This document shows, piece by piece, positions 49,955 to 60,758 of a DNA stretch of 64,000 nucleotides. The stretch comes from Blastocatellia bacterium. Lineage in GTDB: Bacteria; Acidobacteriota; Blastocatellia; RBC074. The DNA is taken from NCBI GenBank assembly GCA_035652435.1, contig DASRDU010000014.1:1359-65358 (forward strand), given 5' to 3'. The stretch's first letter is position 1. Each line of letters begins with the position of its first letter. The notes under the pieces are model-generated. The model saw nothing but the letters and a program-made list of their open reading frames with translations, did no database searches and had not been told where the DNA came from. Position numbers and translations under genes: made by a program.

Positions 49955-49984
49955 TTGACGGCCGCACAGAGCATATTGTATACA
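49955..49984 (+). promoter_or_regulatory. Putative sigma70-type promoter (TTGACG-18-TATACA) for the AraC / hydroxyproline operon. It sits in a 750-bp divergent intergenic region.
   Basis: TTGACG at 49955-49960 and TATACA at 49979-49984, ~125 nt upstream of the AraC start. This is the only AT-rich patch in an otherwise ORF-free 49359-50109 region. Confidence 0.4.
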
Positions 49985-50109
49985 ATCCTCACCTGACAAG
50001 GCAGCGTACCTTTTTCAATGCCTGTTCTCGTTGGCATCGGTCGGAAGTCGTGACTGCAACCTGACCTCCCTCCGGAGGACATTCGGGGGAAACAAAAGGA
50101 GAAGCCACC

Positions 50110-50931
50110 ATGTCCACGCAACTGGCTCCCGGGAGTTACTATGGTGAGGCTTTGCGCAGCCGCAAGGTCGGGGGCTTCGAACTCTCAGAGCGCGTCTACC
50201 CGCCGGGGTTCCGGACCCCGAAACACACCCACAAACGGGCGCTCTTCTGCTTCGTGATGGCGGGCAATTACACGGAGACATACGGGGGCAGGATGCGGGA
50301 GTGCAAATCTTCGGCCCTTTTGTTTCACCCGCCCGGAGAACTGCACGCCGAACATTTCCATGACGCGGGCGGGCGCTCGTTCATCATCGAGATGGAGCCC
50401 GGCTGGCTGGCTCAGATCCGGAAACAACTGGCCGTCGCGGACAATTCCGCTGACTTTCGCGGCGGCGTCTTCGAACTGCTGGCGCGCAAATTGTACAGAG
50501 AGTTCGCCCAGCTCGACAGCGCCTCACCGCTCATTATCGAAGGCCTGATGATGGAGATGCTGGGCGAGACCGTGCGCCGGAGCCCCGCGCCGGAGCGGCA
50601 CAGCCCGCCGCGCTGGCTGCAGCAGGCCAGAGAACTGCTCCACGCGCGCTTCACCGAAAACCTCACGCTGGCCGAGGTCGCCCGGAATGTCGGCGTCCAC
50701 CCGGTCCACCTGGCCCAGACGTTCCACAAGACCTACGAGTGTACCATCGGGGATTACGTGCGCAGGCTGCGCATCGAATATGCCTGTCACGAGCTGGCCG
50801 CGTCCGCCAGACCGATTGTGGACATCGCCCTGGCGGCGGGCTTCTGCGATCAGAGCCATTTCACGAGGACGTTCAAGCGCGCCATCGGCGCTGCACCTTC
50901 TCAATATCGTGAATCTCTCCGCGACTCCTGA
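50110..50931 (+). CDS. AraC-family transcriptional regulator (cupin sensor + HTH_AraC).
   Basis: An N-terminal cupin, and a C-terminal double HTH 'LTLAEVARNVGVHPVHLAQTFHK...DIALAAGFCDQSHFTRTFKRAIGAAPSQYR'. Confidence 0.85.
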   Translation: MSTQLAPGSYYGEALRSRKVGGFELSERVYPPGFRTPKHTHKRALFCFVMAGNYTETYGGRMRECKSSALLFHPPGELHAEHFHDAGGRSFIIEMEPGWLAQIRKQLAVADNSADFRGGVFELLARKLYREFAQLDSASPLIIEGLMMEMLGETVRRSPAPERHSPPRWLQQARELLHARFTENLTLAEVARNVGVHPVHLAQTFHKTYECTIGDYVRRLRIEYACHELAASARPIVDIALAAGFCDQSHFTRTFKRAIGAAPSQYRESLRDS

Positions 50932-51165
50932 CGTTCGAGCGATTGAGGGGCGACCCGGCGCAGGGGATCGGAATTATAAGGCGGTCCTGACCACCGCCGT
51001 GGGTGGCTTCAATACTAATCGCGTTCAAGCAGGCTTACTGAGATTCAAGACTCCTTACCGGGGCGTCTGTTTTACTGCTGACTCACGGCATACGGCAGAT
51101 TGAGAAAATGTTCCGGCCCCGCTCACGGCGACCGGGAACAGCTGGCACTGGGAGAAAAGGATTGC

Positions 51166-52119
51166 ATGGAAGATCGGAAGATGAGGCGGGTGAAAGTGAT
51201 TGATTCGCACACGGGCGGCGAACCGACCCGCGTCGTGGTCGGTGGCGGGCCCGACCTTGGCGGCGGCCCCCTGGCGGAACGCCTGGAGCGGTTCAGGGCG
51301 GAATACGATCATTTTCGCTCGGCGGTAGTGAATGAGCCGCGTGGCAATGACGCCATCGTGGGCGCACTGCTGTGTGAGCAGACCGACCCCGCGTGTTCGG
51401 CGGGCGTGATCTTCTTCAACAACGTCGGCTACCTGGGCATGTGCGGCCACGGCACGATCGGGCTGATGGTCACGCTGGCTTATCTGGGCCGGATCGCCCC
51501 CGGCACGCACCGCATTGAAACTCCCGTCGGCACGGTCGAGGCGACGCTCGAGGAAGGCGATCACGTCAGCGTGGCCAACGTGCCAAGTTACCGACTGGCC
51601 GCGAACGTCGCCGTAGACGTGCCCGGCCACGGCCCGGTCACAGGCGACATCGCCTGGGGCGGCAACTGGTTCTTCCTCGTCAACGGCAACGGGCACCAGC
51701 TCACACTCGAAAACCTGGAGGCGCTCACCGATTTCACCTGGCGGATCCGTCAGGCGCTCAGGCGCCAGGGGATCACCGGCGCCGACGGGCGGGAGATTGA
51801 CCACATCGAACTGTTCGCGCCCTCGCATCTCGACGGCGTCAACAGCCGGAACTTCGTACTCTGCCCGGGCAAGGCCTACGACCGCTCGCCGTGCGGCACG
51901 GGCACGAGCGCCAAGCTGGCCTGCCTCTATGCCGACGGCAAACTGCCGGAAGGGCGGGTCTGGCGGCAGGAGAGCATCGTCGGCAGCCTCTTTGAAGGCA
52001 CCGTCCGGGCGGACGGCGACAGGATTTATCCGACGATTCGCGGCTCCGCTTACGTCAACGCCGAGGCCGACCTGATTCTCGATGAGCGAGACCCCTTCTG
52101 CTATGGAATCCGCCGATGA
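51166..52119 (+). CDS. 4-hydroxyproline 2-epimerase (proline racemase family, two-Cys type).
   Basis: '[22 protein letters not shown]' closely matches the family N-terminus. Catalytic Cys pair 'MCGHGTIG' and '[12 protein letters not shown]'. Both Cys present implies an epimerase/racemase, not a dehydratase. AAAGGA RBS upstream. Confidence 0.85.
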   Translation: MEDRKMRRVKVIDSHTGGEPTRVVVGGGPDLGGGPLAERLERFRAEYDHFRSAVVNEPRGNDAIVGALLCEQTDPACSAGVIFFNNVGYLGMCGHGTIGLMVTLAYLGRIAPGTHRIETPVGTVEATLEEGDHVSVANVPSYRLAANVAVDVPGHGPVTGDIAWGGNWFFLVNGNGHQLTLENLEALTDFTWRIRQALRRQGITGADGREIDHIELFAPSHLDGVNSRNFVLCPGKAYDRSPCGTGTSAKLACLYADGKLPEGRVWRQESIVGSLFEGTVRADGDRIYPTIRGSAYVNAEADLILDERDPFCYGIRR

Positions 52120-53246
52120 CCCGGAGCGTCCCTGATCTGGTCATTGTGGGCGGCGGCATTGTCGGCGCGGCCTGCGCCCTCGAAGCCGCGCGCGCAGGCC
52201 TGCGCGTCGTGGTCATTGAGTGTGGCGTGGTCGGCGGCGGCGCGACGGCAGCGGGGATGGGGCACATCGTCGTGATGGACGATTCCGAGGCGCAATTCGC
52301 GCTGACGCACTATTCGCAACGGCTCTGGCAGGAGGTCGCGCCGGAACTGCCCGGCGAAGTCGAGTACGAGGAGTGCGGGACGATCTGGGTTGCCGCCGAT
52401 GAAGAGGAGATGGACGAGGTGCGGCGCAAGGCGGCCTTTTACCAGGGGCGCGGCGTCGCGGCCGAGATTCTCGACGCCGAAGCGCTCGTGCGGGCCGAGC
52501 CGAACCTGCGACCGGGCCTGGCCGGCGGCCTGCTGGTCCCCGGCGACGGAGTGGTCTATCCGCCCTGCGCCGCGCGGTACTTCCTCGAACGGGCGCAGGC
52601 GCTCGGGGCGCAATTGCATCAGGGACACTCAGCCGTCGCCCTGAGCGACGAAGGTGTCAGGCTGGACGACGGCACGTTCATCGCCGCGGGCGTGACAGTC
52701 AACGCAACAGGGAGCTGGGCTCCGCTGCTCACGGCCGGCATTGAGGTGCAGAAGCGCAAAGGCCACCTGCTGATTACCGACCGCTACCCCGGCTTCGTGC
52801 GGCATCAACTGGTCGAACTGGGTTACCTCAAGAGCGCGCATTCGATCAACTCCGATTCGGTCGCCTTCAACGTCCAGCCCCGCCGGACGGGCCAGGTGCT
52901 GATCGGTTCATCGCGGCAGTACGGCGTGGATGATACGAAAGTCGAAGCCGCAATGCTCAGCCGGATGCTCGCGCGCGCCGAAGAATACATGCCCGGCATC
53001 ACGCGGCTCTCGGCCATCCGCACGTGGACGGGGTTCCGCGCCGCGACGCCCGACAAACTGCCGCTCGTCGGCCCCTGCCCGGGCTTTGACCGGCTCTACC
53101 TTGCGACAGGACATGAGGGCTTGGGTATTACCACCTCAACGGGCACGGCAAAGCTGCTCGTGGATCAACTGCTCGACCGCCCCCCGGAGATCCCCGTCGA
53201 GCCTTACCTGCCGAGCCGCACGCATCAGGAGGTAATCCATGCCTGA
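52116..53246 (+). CDS. FAD-dependent oxidoreductase, D-amino-acid-oxidase fold. Putative D-hydroxyproline dehydrogenase beta (catalytic) subunit.
   Basis: '[29 protein letters not shown]' Rossmann FAD motif. ATGA overlap with the epimerase stop. Sits in a Hyp operon context. Confidence 0.75.
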   Translation: MTRSVPDLVIVGGGIVGAACALEAARAGLRVVVIECGVVGGGATAAGMGHIVVMDDSEAQFALTHYSQRLWQEVAPELPGEVEYEECGTIWVAADEEEMDEVRRKAAFYQGRGVAAEILDAEALVRAEPNLRPGLAGGLLVPGDGVVYPPCAARYFLERAQALGAQLHQGHSAVALSDEGVRLDDGTFIAAGVTVNATGSWAPLLTAGIEVQKRKGHLLITDRYPGFVRHQLVELGYLKSAHSINSDSVAFNVQPRRTGQVLIGSSRQYGVDDTKVEAAMLSRMLARAEEYMPGITRLSAIRTWTGFRAATPDKLPLVGPCPGFDRLYLATGHEGLGITTSTGTAKLLVDQLLDRPPEIPVEPYLPSRTHQEVIHA

Positions 53247-53487
53247 AACTGTCTCGCTGTCGGTCAACGGCCGTGCCGTCACCATGCCGGAAGGCAGTAC
53301 AGTCTCGGCCGCAGTGGCCGTCTCGGGCGCGCCGGCTTTCCGCCGGTCGGTGACGGGCGAACCGCGGGCGCCGGTGTGCGGGATGGGGATCTGTTTTGAA
53401 TGTCGCGTGACGATCAACGGGCACGCGCATGCGCGCAGTTGTCAGATCCTCTGCCGCGACGGGATGGACGTGCGAACTGATGAATAG
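53239..53487 (+). CDS. Small (2Fe-2S)-binding subunit (D-hydroxyproline dehydrogenase gamma-like; opine oxidase / HCN synthase small-subunit type).
   Basis: An 82-aa protein with 'CGMGICFECRVTINGHAHARSC' Cys cluster. Its start overlaps the beta-subunit stop by 8 nt. Confidence 0.7.
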   Translation: MPETVSLSVNGRAVTMPEGSTVSAAVAVSGAPAFRRSVTGEPRAPVCGMGICFECRVTINGHAHARSCQILCRDGMDVRTDE

Positions 53488-54763
53488 CCCTCGTCACAAT
53501 TACGACGTGCTGGTGGTCGGCGGCGGCCCGGCGGGACTGGCGGCGGCCGTCTGCGCCAGGCAGGGCGGCGCGCGCGCGGCCATCGTGGACGACAACCCCG
53601 GCCTCGGCGGTCAGATCTGGCGCGGCGAGCAGCACAAACCGAGTACGCCCGAGGCCGCCCTCTGGCTCGGGCGCGCCCACGCGGCGCGGGTCGAATTCGT
53701 GAGCGGCGCCCGCGTTTACGATCAGCCCGAAAAGGGGCTGTTGCTGGCCGAAACGACAGACGGGGTGATCGAACTCGGCTATCGCAAACTGGTTCTGGCG
53801 ACGGGCGCGCGCGAACGCTTTCTGCCGTTCCCCGGCTGGACGCTGCCGGGCGTCGCGGGCGCGGGCGGGTTGCAGGCGCTCGTCAAATCGGGGTTGCCGA
53901 TTGAGGGCCGGAAGGTCGTTGTCGCCGGCACCGGGCCGCTGCTCCTGGCCGTCGCGGCTTACCTGCGCAGGCGCGGCGCTGAGGTGTTGTTGATCGCCGA
54001 GCAGGCGCCGCCGGGCCGGCTGCTCTCGTTCGGCCTGGGTTTATGGCGCACGCCGGGCAAGATCGTTCAGGCGCTCAGGCTGCGGCGCGAACTGGCCGGC
54101 GTCCCTCACCTCCCGGGCTGCTGGCCCGTGGCGGCGAACGGCGACGGGCAACTGCGGAGCGTCAGTCTCCGCCGCGGCCGTAAGACCTGGGACGTGGCCT
54201 GCGATTATCTGGCCTGCGGCTTTCACCTGGTGCCCAACGTCGAACTGGCCGTCTTCCTGGGCTGCGGGCTGCTCGACGGCGTCGTGCGGGTGAACGAGTA
54301 TCAGCAGACGACCGTCGCGGACATTTACTGCGCCGGAGAACCTACGGGCATCGGCGGCCTGGAACTCTCGCTCGTCGAGGGCCGGATCGCCGGTCTCGCC
54401 GCGACCGGCAGGCAGGAAGAGGCGCGGGCGCTCTTTGCCGAACGCCGCCGGCTCGGGCGGTTCGCCGAACTGCTCAACCGCACCTTCGCCCTGCGCGAAG
54501 AGTTGAAGAGCCTGCCCGAGCCCGACACGATCATCTGCCGCTGCGAAGACGTGAGCCTTGCGCGGCTGGGTAAGCAGACCGCGTGGCGCGCCGCCAAACT
54601 GCACACGCGTTGCGGCATGGGACCGTGTCAGGGGCGTGTTTGCGGCGTGGCGATAGAGTTCCTGTTCGGCTGGCAGCCGGAATCGGTGCGCCCGCCGGTC
54701 TTCCCCGTCAGGGTCGGCAGCCTGATCCGGGGCGCCCATCTCACTGCCGGGCAACGGCAATAA
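53477..54763 (+). CDS. Pyridine nucleotide-disulfide / FAD-binding oxidoreductase (D-hydroxyproline dehydrogenase alpha-like subunit).
   Basis: Start at 'MNSPRHNYDVLVVGGGPAGLAAA' (ATG overlaps the gamma stop). A second Rossmann motif 'KVVVAGTGPLLLAV', and a C-terminal Cys pair 'CRCEDV...CGMGPCQGRVC' (BFD-like [2Fe-2S]). Confidence 0.75.
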   Translation: MMNSPRHNYDVLVVGGGPAGLAAAVCARQGGARAAIVDDNPGLGGQIWRGEQHKPSTPEAALWLGRAHAARVEFVSGARVYDQPEKGLLLAETTDGVIELGYRKLVLATGARERFLPFPGWTLPGVAGAGGLQALVKSGLPIEGRKVVVAGTGPLLLAVAAYLRRRGAEVLLIAEQAPPGRLLSFGLGLWRTPGKIVQALRLRRELAGVPHLPGCWPVAANGDGQLRSVSLRRGRKTWDVACDYLACGFHLVPNVELAVFLGCGLLDGVVRVNEYQQTTVADIYCAGEPTGIGGLELSLVEGRIAGLAATGRQEEARALFAERRRLGRFAELLNRTFALREELKSLPEPDTIICRCEDVSLARLGKQTAWRAAKLHTRCGMGPCQGRVCGVAIEFLFGWQPESVRPPVFPVRVGSLIRGAHLTAGQRQ

Positions 54764-54785
54764 TCAACACGACTATTCACCGAGG

Positions 54786-55694
54786 ATGAAAACCATGGCA
54801 ATGAAATGGCAGGGCGTGATGCCCGCAATCACTACCGGCTTCAGGGAGGACCTGAGCATTGACCACGAATTTGTGGCCAGACACGTCAGCTGGCTCGTGG
54901 ACAACGGCTGCACCGGCATCGTTACGCCGGGGAGCCTGGGCGAAGGCAACACGCTGACGTTTGAAGAACGGGGCGCGCTGTGGGCGACCGTGGTGGGGGC
55001 CGTCGGCGACCGCGTGCCGGTCGTGGCGGCGATCTCCGCGCTCAGCACCGCAGAGGCGGTCGAGCAGGCCAAAACGGCCGCCGGCAAAGGATGCCGGGGG
55101 TTGATGGTGCTGCCGCCGTACGTTTACAAAGGCGACTGGCGCGAGATGAAGGCCCACGTCGCGGCCGTCTTCAAGGCCACGAAACTCTCCTGCATGCTCT
55201 ATAACAATCCTGTCGCCTACGGCACTGACTTCCTGCCCGAACAGATTCGGGAGCTGGCGGAAGAGTTCGAGAATTTCCAGGCGGTCAAGGAGTCGAGCGC
55301 CGACGTGCGCCGCGTGGCGGCGATCAGAACTCTGGTGGGCGGCCGGCTGGATGTCTTCGTCGGCGTGGACGACGCGATTGTCGAGGCCATCCCGGTCGGC
55401 GCGGTCGGCTGGGTCGCCGGGCTGGTCAATGCGCTGCCGAAAGAGTCAGTTGACCTCTTCAATTACGCCGCGCGGGGTGAGCTGGAGAGGGCGCTCAAGC
55501 TCTATCACTGGTTCCTGCCGCTGCTGCGGCTGGACACCGTGCCGAAGTTCGTGCAGCTGATCAAACTGGTACAGCAGGCGGTCGGGATGGGGAGCGCCCG
55601 CGTGCGACCGCCGCGGCTGGAGCTGGTCGGCGCAGAGCTTGAGCAGACGAACTCCCTGATTCAGGAAGTACTCAATAATCGTCCATCGTTGTAG
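54786..55694 (+). CDS. Dihydrodipicolinate synthase/NAL-family lyase. In this context, putative delta1-pyrroline-4-hydroxy-2-carboxylate deaminase.
   Basis: DHDPS-family TIM barrel ('GVMPAITTGF', 'GCTGIVTPGSLGE', Schiff-base Lys region 'LYNNPVAYGTDF'). The alternative start ATG 54795 has better RBS spacing. Confidence 0.8.
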   Translation: MKTMAMKWQGVMPAITTGFREDLSIDHEFVARHVSWLVDNGCTGIVTPGSLGEGNTLTFEERGALWATVVGAVGDRVPVVAAISALSTAEAVEQAKTAAGKGCRGLMVLPPYVYKGDWREMKAHVAAVFKATKLSCMLYNNPVAYGTDFLPEQIRELAEEFENFQAVKESSADVRRVAAIRTLVGGRLDVFVGVDDAIVEAIPVGAVGWVAGLVNALPKESVDLFNYAARGELERALKLYHWFLPLLRLDTVPKFVQLIKLVQQAVGMGSARVRPPRLELVGAELEQTNSLIQEVLNNRPSL

Positions 55695-56177
55695 TTTATC
55701 GAGCGTGTGGGGCGGAGACTTTCACTGTCATCGCACTTCATCCGGCGCCCGGGCATCAGTCTCCGCGGCTATTATGCGTGGGGGGCTGCCGCGCGGTCTC
55801 AGCCGATGGTCTCACGCCCCGTCGGCAGCAGATGATTTGCCGGCACTCCCAGGGTGCGCAAGGTCGTTCCCTGTTCGGTATGATATGATCCGCGAACAGT
55901 GGGCGAAGTGAGTGGCAACGGTCAGTCTGTTCTGACGTGCGACGGCTGGCGAAGCGGTGAATGGCGAGTGATCTGCACTGAGAGGCAGGATGCCATTCAC
56001 CCCTCCCCGGGCGCTGCCGCCGCAGCGCGATCCTGATCAGGTCGTCGCCGGACCAGTGCCCCGGGCGTGAAGCACTCGCCCGGCCATCCGCCCACCTCTG
56101 ACAGACCATCAGGCGCAGAGGCATTTCTTCCTGCGGCATGATTCCGGTCATTTTCTTTCGACATTCAAGAGGGGCTG

Positions 56178-56969
56178 ATGGAGCAGGAACTTTCCGTTGA
56201 CGATAGAAGAGCTCAGGGGATTTTGAGAGAGTTACTTCGTTCGGGCGAGATTACGGTCGAACAGATGGCCAGGGAATTCGGGGTGTCGGCTTCGACCATC
56301 AGGCGCGATCTGCGCGACCTCGAACATCAGGGGCTGCTGCGCCGCATGCACGGCGGCGCGGTGTCAGTCGAGCCGGCGCTCTATGAACCTTTCCGCCACG
56401 TCTCATCCTTCGGCGAACAGGAGCAGCAGTGCGCCGCGGAAAAGCGCCGGATCGGGCTGGCGGCGGCGGAGATGATCGCCGACGGCGAGATCGTCGGCAT
56501 CGGCGCGGGCACGACGACGACCCAGGTCGCCCGCAGCATCCGCCATCGCAAGAACATCACCGTCGTCACCAACGCGGTGAATATCGCCATGGAGTTAAGC
56601 CACCGCAGCGACCTGAAGATTTTTATGTCGGGCGGGTTCCTCAGCCCCGACTGGTTCGCGCTGGTCGGCGCGGCGGCTATCCAGAGCGTGAGTGAGATGT
56701 TCGTGGATAAAATCTTCGTCGGCGTCGACGGCATTCACCCGGAACACGGCCTGACGACGAACTACCCCGACCAGGCGGCGATACACCGCCAGATGATGCG
56801 ACAGGCCCGCATGCGCGTCGCCGTCGCCGATCACCGGAAACTGGGGGTGACGGGCACCACCCTCATCTGGCCGACCAGGGATATTGATCTTCTCATCACT
56901 GACAAAGGCGCAACCAGAGCTGCGCTTGCCCCCTTCACAACCCGGGGCATCAAGGTCCAGAAGGTCTGA
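56178..56969 (+). CDS. DeoR/GlpR-family transcriptional regulator.
   Basis: HTH 'ITVEQMAREFGVSASTIRRDLRDLEHQGLLRRMHGGA', and a C-terminal DeoR sugar-phosphate-binding domain. Confidence 0.85.
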   Translation: MEQELSVDDRRAQGILRELLRSGEITVEQMAREFGVSASTIRRDLRDLEHQGLLRRMHGGAVSVEPALYEPFRHVSSFGEQEQQCAAEKRRIGLAAAEMIADGEIVGIGAGTTTTQVARSIRHRKNITVVTNAVNIAMELSHRSDLKIFMSGGFLSPDWFALVGAAAIQSVSEMFVDKIFVGVDGIHPEHGLTTNYPDQAAIHRQMMRQARMRVAVADHRKLGVTGTTLIWPTRDIDLLITDKGATRAALAPFTTRGIKVQKV

Positions 56970-57110
56970 GGGGCACTTCAATCACTCTCGTTGAATCCTC
57001 GGGGCCCGAATCCCTGAACATCTGGTCTTGACTCGATGCTCATTTTAGGAATAAATGAGCATCGCCTGTGATTGAATAATCCCCGCCCGTAATTAAGGAG
57101 CAGCGAGGCT

Positions 57111-58154
57111 ATGGTTTGGGAAGAGCGGTGGCACCCCCTGCGCGAAGAATGGGTCATTGTCGCGGCGCATCGCCAGAACCGCCCCTGGAACGGCGAGACG
57201 GTTCGGCACGAGGAAGCGGCCCTGCCCGCTTATCTGCCCGACTGTTACCTGTGCCCCGGTAATGCGCGCGTCAGCGGCGCGCGCAACGAGGCTTACACCA
57301 CGACCTTCGTTTTTGATAACGATCATCCGTGCGTCGGATTCGACGCGCCGCAGGAGTTAACGCCGCCGACGGGCATTTACCGTGACCGGCCCGCCGCCGG
57401 CATCGCGCGTGTCGTCTGTTACAGCCCGAATCACGGCGTCACGCTGGCCGAACTTGAAGTGGGCGAGATCGCCGGGCTGCTGCGCGTCTGGCGCGAGCAG
57501 TATGTCGAACTGGGCGGCCACCCGCTGGTCAACCACGTGCTGATTTTCGAGAACAAAGGTGAGGCCGTCGGCGTGTCCAATCCGCACCCGCATTGCCAGA
57601 TTTACGCCACCAACTTCGTCTTCAAAACCATCGAGACCGAGGCCTGCGTCTCCGAACGTCATCTGGCCGAAACGGGGCGCGTACTCTTTCAGGACATCCT
57701 GGCCGCCGAGCGCGCCGACGGCCGGCGGATCATCTTCGAGAATGAGTCGGCGGTGGCCTTCCTGCCGTACTTCGCCCGCTACGCCTATGAATGCTACGTC
57801 GCGCCGAAGCAGACGCATGCGAGCCTCGCCACGTTCACCGATGCGGAATTGCATGATTTCGCCGCCGCGCTCAAACAGCTGCTGGTGCGGTACGACAACC
57901 TCTGGCGGATGCCGTTCCCATATGTGATGACGCTGCATCAGGCCCCGACCGACGGCGGCGATTACCTCGGCTTTCACTTCCACATCGAATTCCACCCGCC
58001 GCTGCGCAAGCCGAACCTGCTGAAATACCTCGCCGGGCCTGAAATCGGCGGCGGCAATTTCCTCTCCGACACGGCGCCGGAAGAGAAGGCGGCCGAATTA
58101 CGCGCGCAACCGGACACCCACTACAAACAGGCGAAGCGGGAGGAGGCAGGGTGA
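57111..58154 (+). CDS. galT: Galactose-1-phosphate uridylyltransferase (class I GalT, HIT superfamily).
   Basis: '[16 protein letters not shown]', zinc site 'DCYLCPGN', active site '[13 protein letters not shown]' (HPH-x-Q). Collinear with E. coli GalT. Confidence 0.85.
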   Translation: MVWEERWHPLREEWVIVAAHRQNRPWNGETVRHEEAALPAYLPDCYLCPGNARVSGARNEAYTTTFVFDNDHPCVGFDAPQELTPPTGIYRDRPAAGIARVVCYSPNHGVTLAELEVGEIAGLLRVWREQYVELGGHPLVNHVLIFENKGEAVGVSNPHPHCQIYATNFVFKTIETEACVSERHLAETGRVLFQDILAAERADGRRIIFENESAVAFLPYFARYAYECYVAPKQTHASLATFTDAELHDFAAALKQLLVRYDNLWRMPFPYVMTLHQAPTDGGDYLGFHFHIEFHPPLRKPNLLKYLAGPEIGGGNFLSDTAPEEKAAELRAQPDTHYKQAKREEAG

Positions 58155-59215
58155 ACGGACCATCAGGCGGCAGTAGCGATTTCTCGCCGGCCCCCGACGT
58201 GATGCCGCTGCTTGAACCATTGCGCCGCCTGCATGAATGCGTGCGCGATGCCGTGGTCGCGGCCTGCGAGAGAGCTGCGCTTGAAGATCTGGCGCGCGTG
58301 GACGACGACGATTCGGCCGGCGACACGATTTACGCCGTCGACCGCGTCAGCGAAGAGTTGTTGATCTCACTGTTCGAGCGTGAAATCGCGCCGCTCGCGC
58401 CGCTCGTCCTCGTCGGCGAAGGGTTGCCCGGCGGGCGCATCGTCCTGCCGCGTGGCTCTTCAGAGGAAGACGCGGTGTGGCGCGTGATCGTTGACCCGAT
58501 TGATGGCACGCGCGGGCTGATGTATCAGAAACGCAGCGCGTGGGTGCTGACCGGGGTCGCCCCGGACCGGGGCGCCGAAACAGACCTGCGTGACATCGTG
58601 CTGGCCGTCCAGACAGAGATCCCGCTGGTCAAGCAGCACCTCTGCGACTCGCTCTGGGCGGTGCGCGGTGGGGGCGCCCGGGCGGAGCGGTTCAACCGCC
58701 TGAGCGGCGAACGCGCCTCACTGCCGCTGCGACCGTCCAGGGCGGCAAGTATCCGTCACGGCTTTGCCGGCCTGGCACGATTCTTCCCCGGCGCGCGTGA
58801 AGTCCTCGCGGCGATTGATGAAGAGGTCGTGCGCAGTGCGCTCGGCGACGTCGCACACGGCAAGGCGCATTGTTTTGAAGACCAGTACCTGTCGAGCGGC
58901 GGGCAGCTTTACGAACTGATCGCCGGGCACGACCGGTTCATCGCCGACCTGCGCCCGCTGATGGAGCCACTGCTCCGCGAGCGCGGACTCAGCCTGGGCA
59001 TCTGCTGCCACCCGTACGACGTGTGTACGGAGCTGATCGCGCGTGAACTCGGCGTGATCGTTACGGACGAGCGCGGAGGGCCCCTGCGTGCGCCGCTTGA
59101 TGCGGAGGCCGATGTCGCGTGGGCCGGGTACGCGAATGAGCGGATCCGCGCTGAAATCGAACCGCCGTTGCAGCGCGCACTGCGGGCACGCGGATTGTTG
59201 AGTGATGCCGCATAA
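58151..59215 (+). CDS. Divergent inositol-monophosphatase/FBPase-family (FIG) sugar-phosphatase-like protein.
   Basis: Metal-site motif '[15 protein letters not shown]' (DPIDGT), and a degenerate C-terminal '[22 protein letters not shown]' in place of WDxAAG. Overlaps the galT stop (ATGA) and the kinase start. Confidence 0.6.
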   Translation: MNGPSGGSSDFSPAPDVMPLLEPLRRLHECVRDAVVAACERAALEDLARVDDDDSAGDTIYAVDRVSEELLISLFEREIAPLAPLVLVGEGLPGGRIVLPRGSSEEDAVWRVIVDPIDGTRGLMYQKRSAWVLTGVAPDRGAETDLRDIVLAVQTEIPLVKQHLCDSLWAVRGGGARAERFNRLSGERASLPLRPSRAASIRHGFAGLARFFPGAREVLAAIDEEVVRSALGDVAHGKAHCFEDQYLSSGGQLYELIAGHDRFIADLRPLMEPLLRERGLSLGICCHPYDVCTELIARELGVIVTDERGGPLRAPLDAEADVAWAGYANERIRAEIEPPLQRALRARGLLSDAA

Positions 59216-60698
59216 CATTCCTTCAGAGTATCGAATCGTCCGCGGCGACGCGCGCGGACTGCCTGACGTCGCGGCTTTCATTGCGACGCTCAACTCGCTC
59301 GACGCGCACCCTTCACCGGAGGCCCATGATTTATTCGATGGCCGGTCTGAACTGATCGTCACGCGCGCGCCGGGTCGCCTGGACGTGATGGGCGGGATCG
59401 CGGATTACTCCGGCTCGCTCGTCCTGCAGTGGCCGATTCGGGAAGCGACTTTTGCCGCGCTGCAAACCGACGGCGAACGAAAGATTACAATCGTCAGCCT
59501 CACGCACGATGCCGGGCGGGAAACCAGGTTTGAAATGCCGCTCGCCGATTTCGAGACCGGCAGCGGGGCGGTTGATTACGCCGCCGCCCGCAGTTATTTC
59601 CGGCGGGACGCGGCGCGGCTCTGGGCGGCGTATGCGGCGGGCGCCTTTCTGGTGCTGATGCGCGAGCGGGGCGTCGGGTTCGGGCGGGGCGCACGCATCC
59701 TGATCTCTTCGCAGGTGCCGGAAGGCAAAGGCGTCAGCTCTTCGGCGGCAATCGAAGTCGCGGTGATGTCGGCGGTGGCGGCCGCGTTCGGGATTGAAAT
59801 CGCCCCGCGCGAGATGGCGCTGCTCTGCCAGAAGGTCGAGAACCTGGTCGTCGGCGCCCCGTGCGGCGTGATGGATCAGATGACGTCGGTCGGCGGCGAA
59901 GAGAACCGGCTGCTGGCGCTCCTGTGCCAGCCCGCTGAATCGCGGGGGACGGTCGCACTGCCGGAAGACCTGGCCGTGTGGGGGATTGATTCGGGCGTGC
60001 GCCATTCGGTCGGCGGGGGGGATTACGGCTCGGTGCGGACAGGCGCCTTTATGGGCTATCGGATTATTGCCGAGCTGGCCAGCCTGACGGCGTCACGTCG
60101 CGCAGACGGCGAGGTGGTGAGCGTTGATGACCCGGTCTGGGACGGCTTTCTGGCGAACGTGACGCCCTCGGAATTCGAGCAGACGTTCGCCGCGCGACTG
60201 CCGAAGCAAATGGAGGGCGGCGAGTTTCTGGCACGCTACGCTGGGACAACGGACGCGGTGACGCGCGTTGATCCGGGGCGGAGTTATACGGTGCTTGTCC
60301 CGACGGCGCACCCTGTTTATGAGCATTTCCGCGTTCAGTCGTTCGCCGAACTGCTCGGCACCGGGGCGGGTGAACGTCGCAATCAGCTGCTGGGCGAGCT
60401 GATGTATCAATCACACGCGAGCTATTCGGCCTGCGGCCTCGGCTCCGAAGGCACCGACCGGCTCGTCCGGCTGGTGAGGGCCGAAGGCGCAGCCGGCGGA
60501 CTGTACGGCGCGAAGATCACAGGCGGCGGCAGCGGCGGGACTGTCGCCGTACTCGGGCGGCGCGGCGCGGATGCTGCCGTGCGGCGAGTGGCCGAAAAAT
60601 ATGCCGGGGTGACCGGTCACCGTCCATACGTCTTCTCCGGCTCGTCACCGGGGAGCGCGGCGTTCGGTCAGTTGCAGTTAAAGAGAACGCTCGTTTAA
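59202..60698 (+). CDS. GHMP-family sugar kinase with a galactokinase signature (498 aa, larger than canonical GalK).
   Basis: Galactokinase N-terminal signature '[21 protein letters not shown]' (compare GalK 'APGRVNLIGEHTDY'), and the GHMP ATP motif '[20 protein letters not shown]'. Confidence 0.75.
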   Translation: MMPHNIPSEYRIVRGDARGLPDVAAFIATLNSLDAHPSPEAHDLFDGRSELIVTRAPGRLDVMGGIADYSGSLVLQWPIREATFAALQTDGERKITIVSLTHDAGRETRFEMPLADFETGSGAVDYAAARSYFRRDAARLWAAYAAGAFLVLMRERGVGFGRGARILISSQVPEGKGVSSSAAIEVAVMSAVAAAFGIEIAPREMALLCQKVENLVVGAPCGVMDQMTSVGGEENRLLALLCQPAESRGTVALPEDLAVWGIDSGVRHSVGGGDYGSVRTGAFMGYRIIAELASLTASRRADGEVVSVDDPVWDGFLANVTPSEFEQTFAARLPKQMEGGEFLARYAGTTDAVTRVDPGRSYTVLVPTAHPVYEHFRVQSFAELLGTGAGERRNQLLGELMYQSHASYSACGLGSEGTDRLVRLVRAEGAAGGLYGAKITGGGSGGTVAVLGRRGADAAVRRVAEKYAGVTGHRPYVFSGSSPGSAAFGQLQLKRTLV

Positions 60699-60758
60699 AG
60701 GGGAGGGGGATGCGGCGATAGTCTCTCGCCCGACCCTGCTGACCGAATAAGGATAGAA

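Noticed and set aside
49581-49958. 125-aa ORF in the divergent intergenic region between the TBDR gene and the AraC gene.
   Set aside because: No RBS, an Arg/Cys-rich composition with no domain, and it overlaps the predicted promoter. More likely non-coding regulatory DNA.
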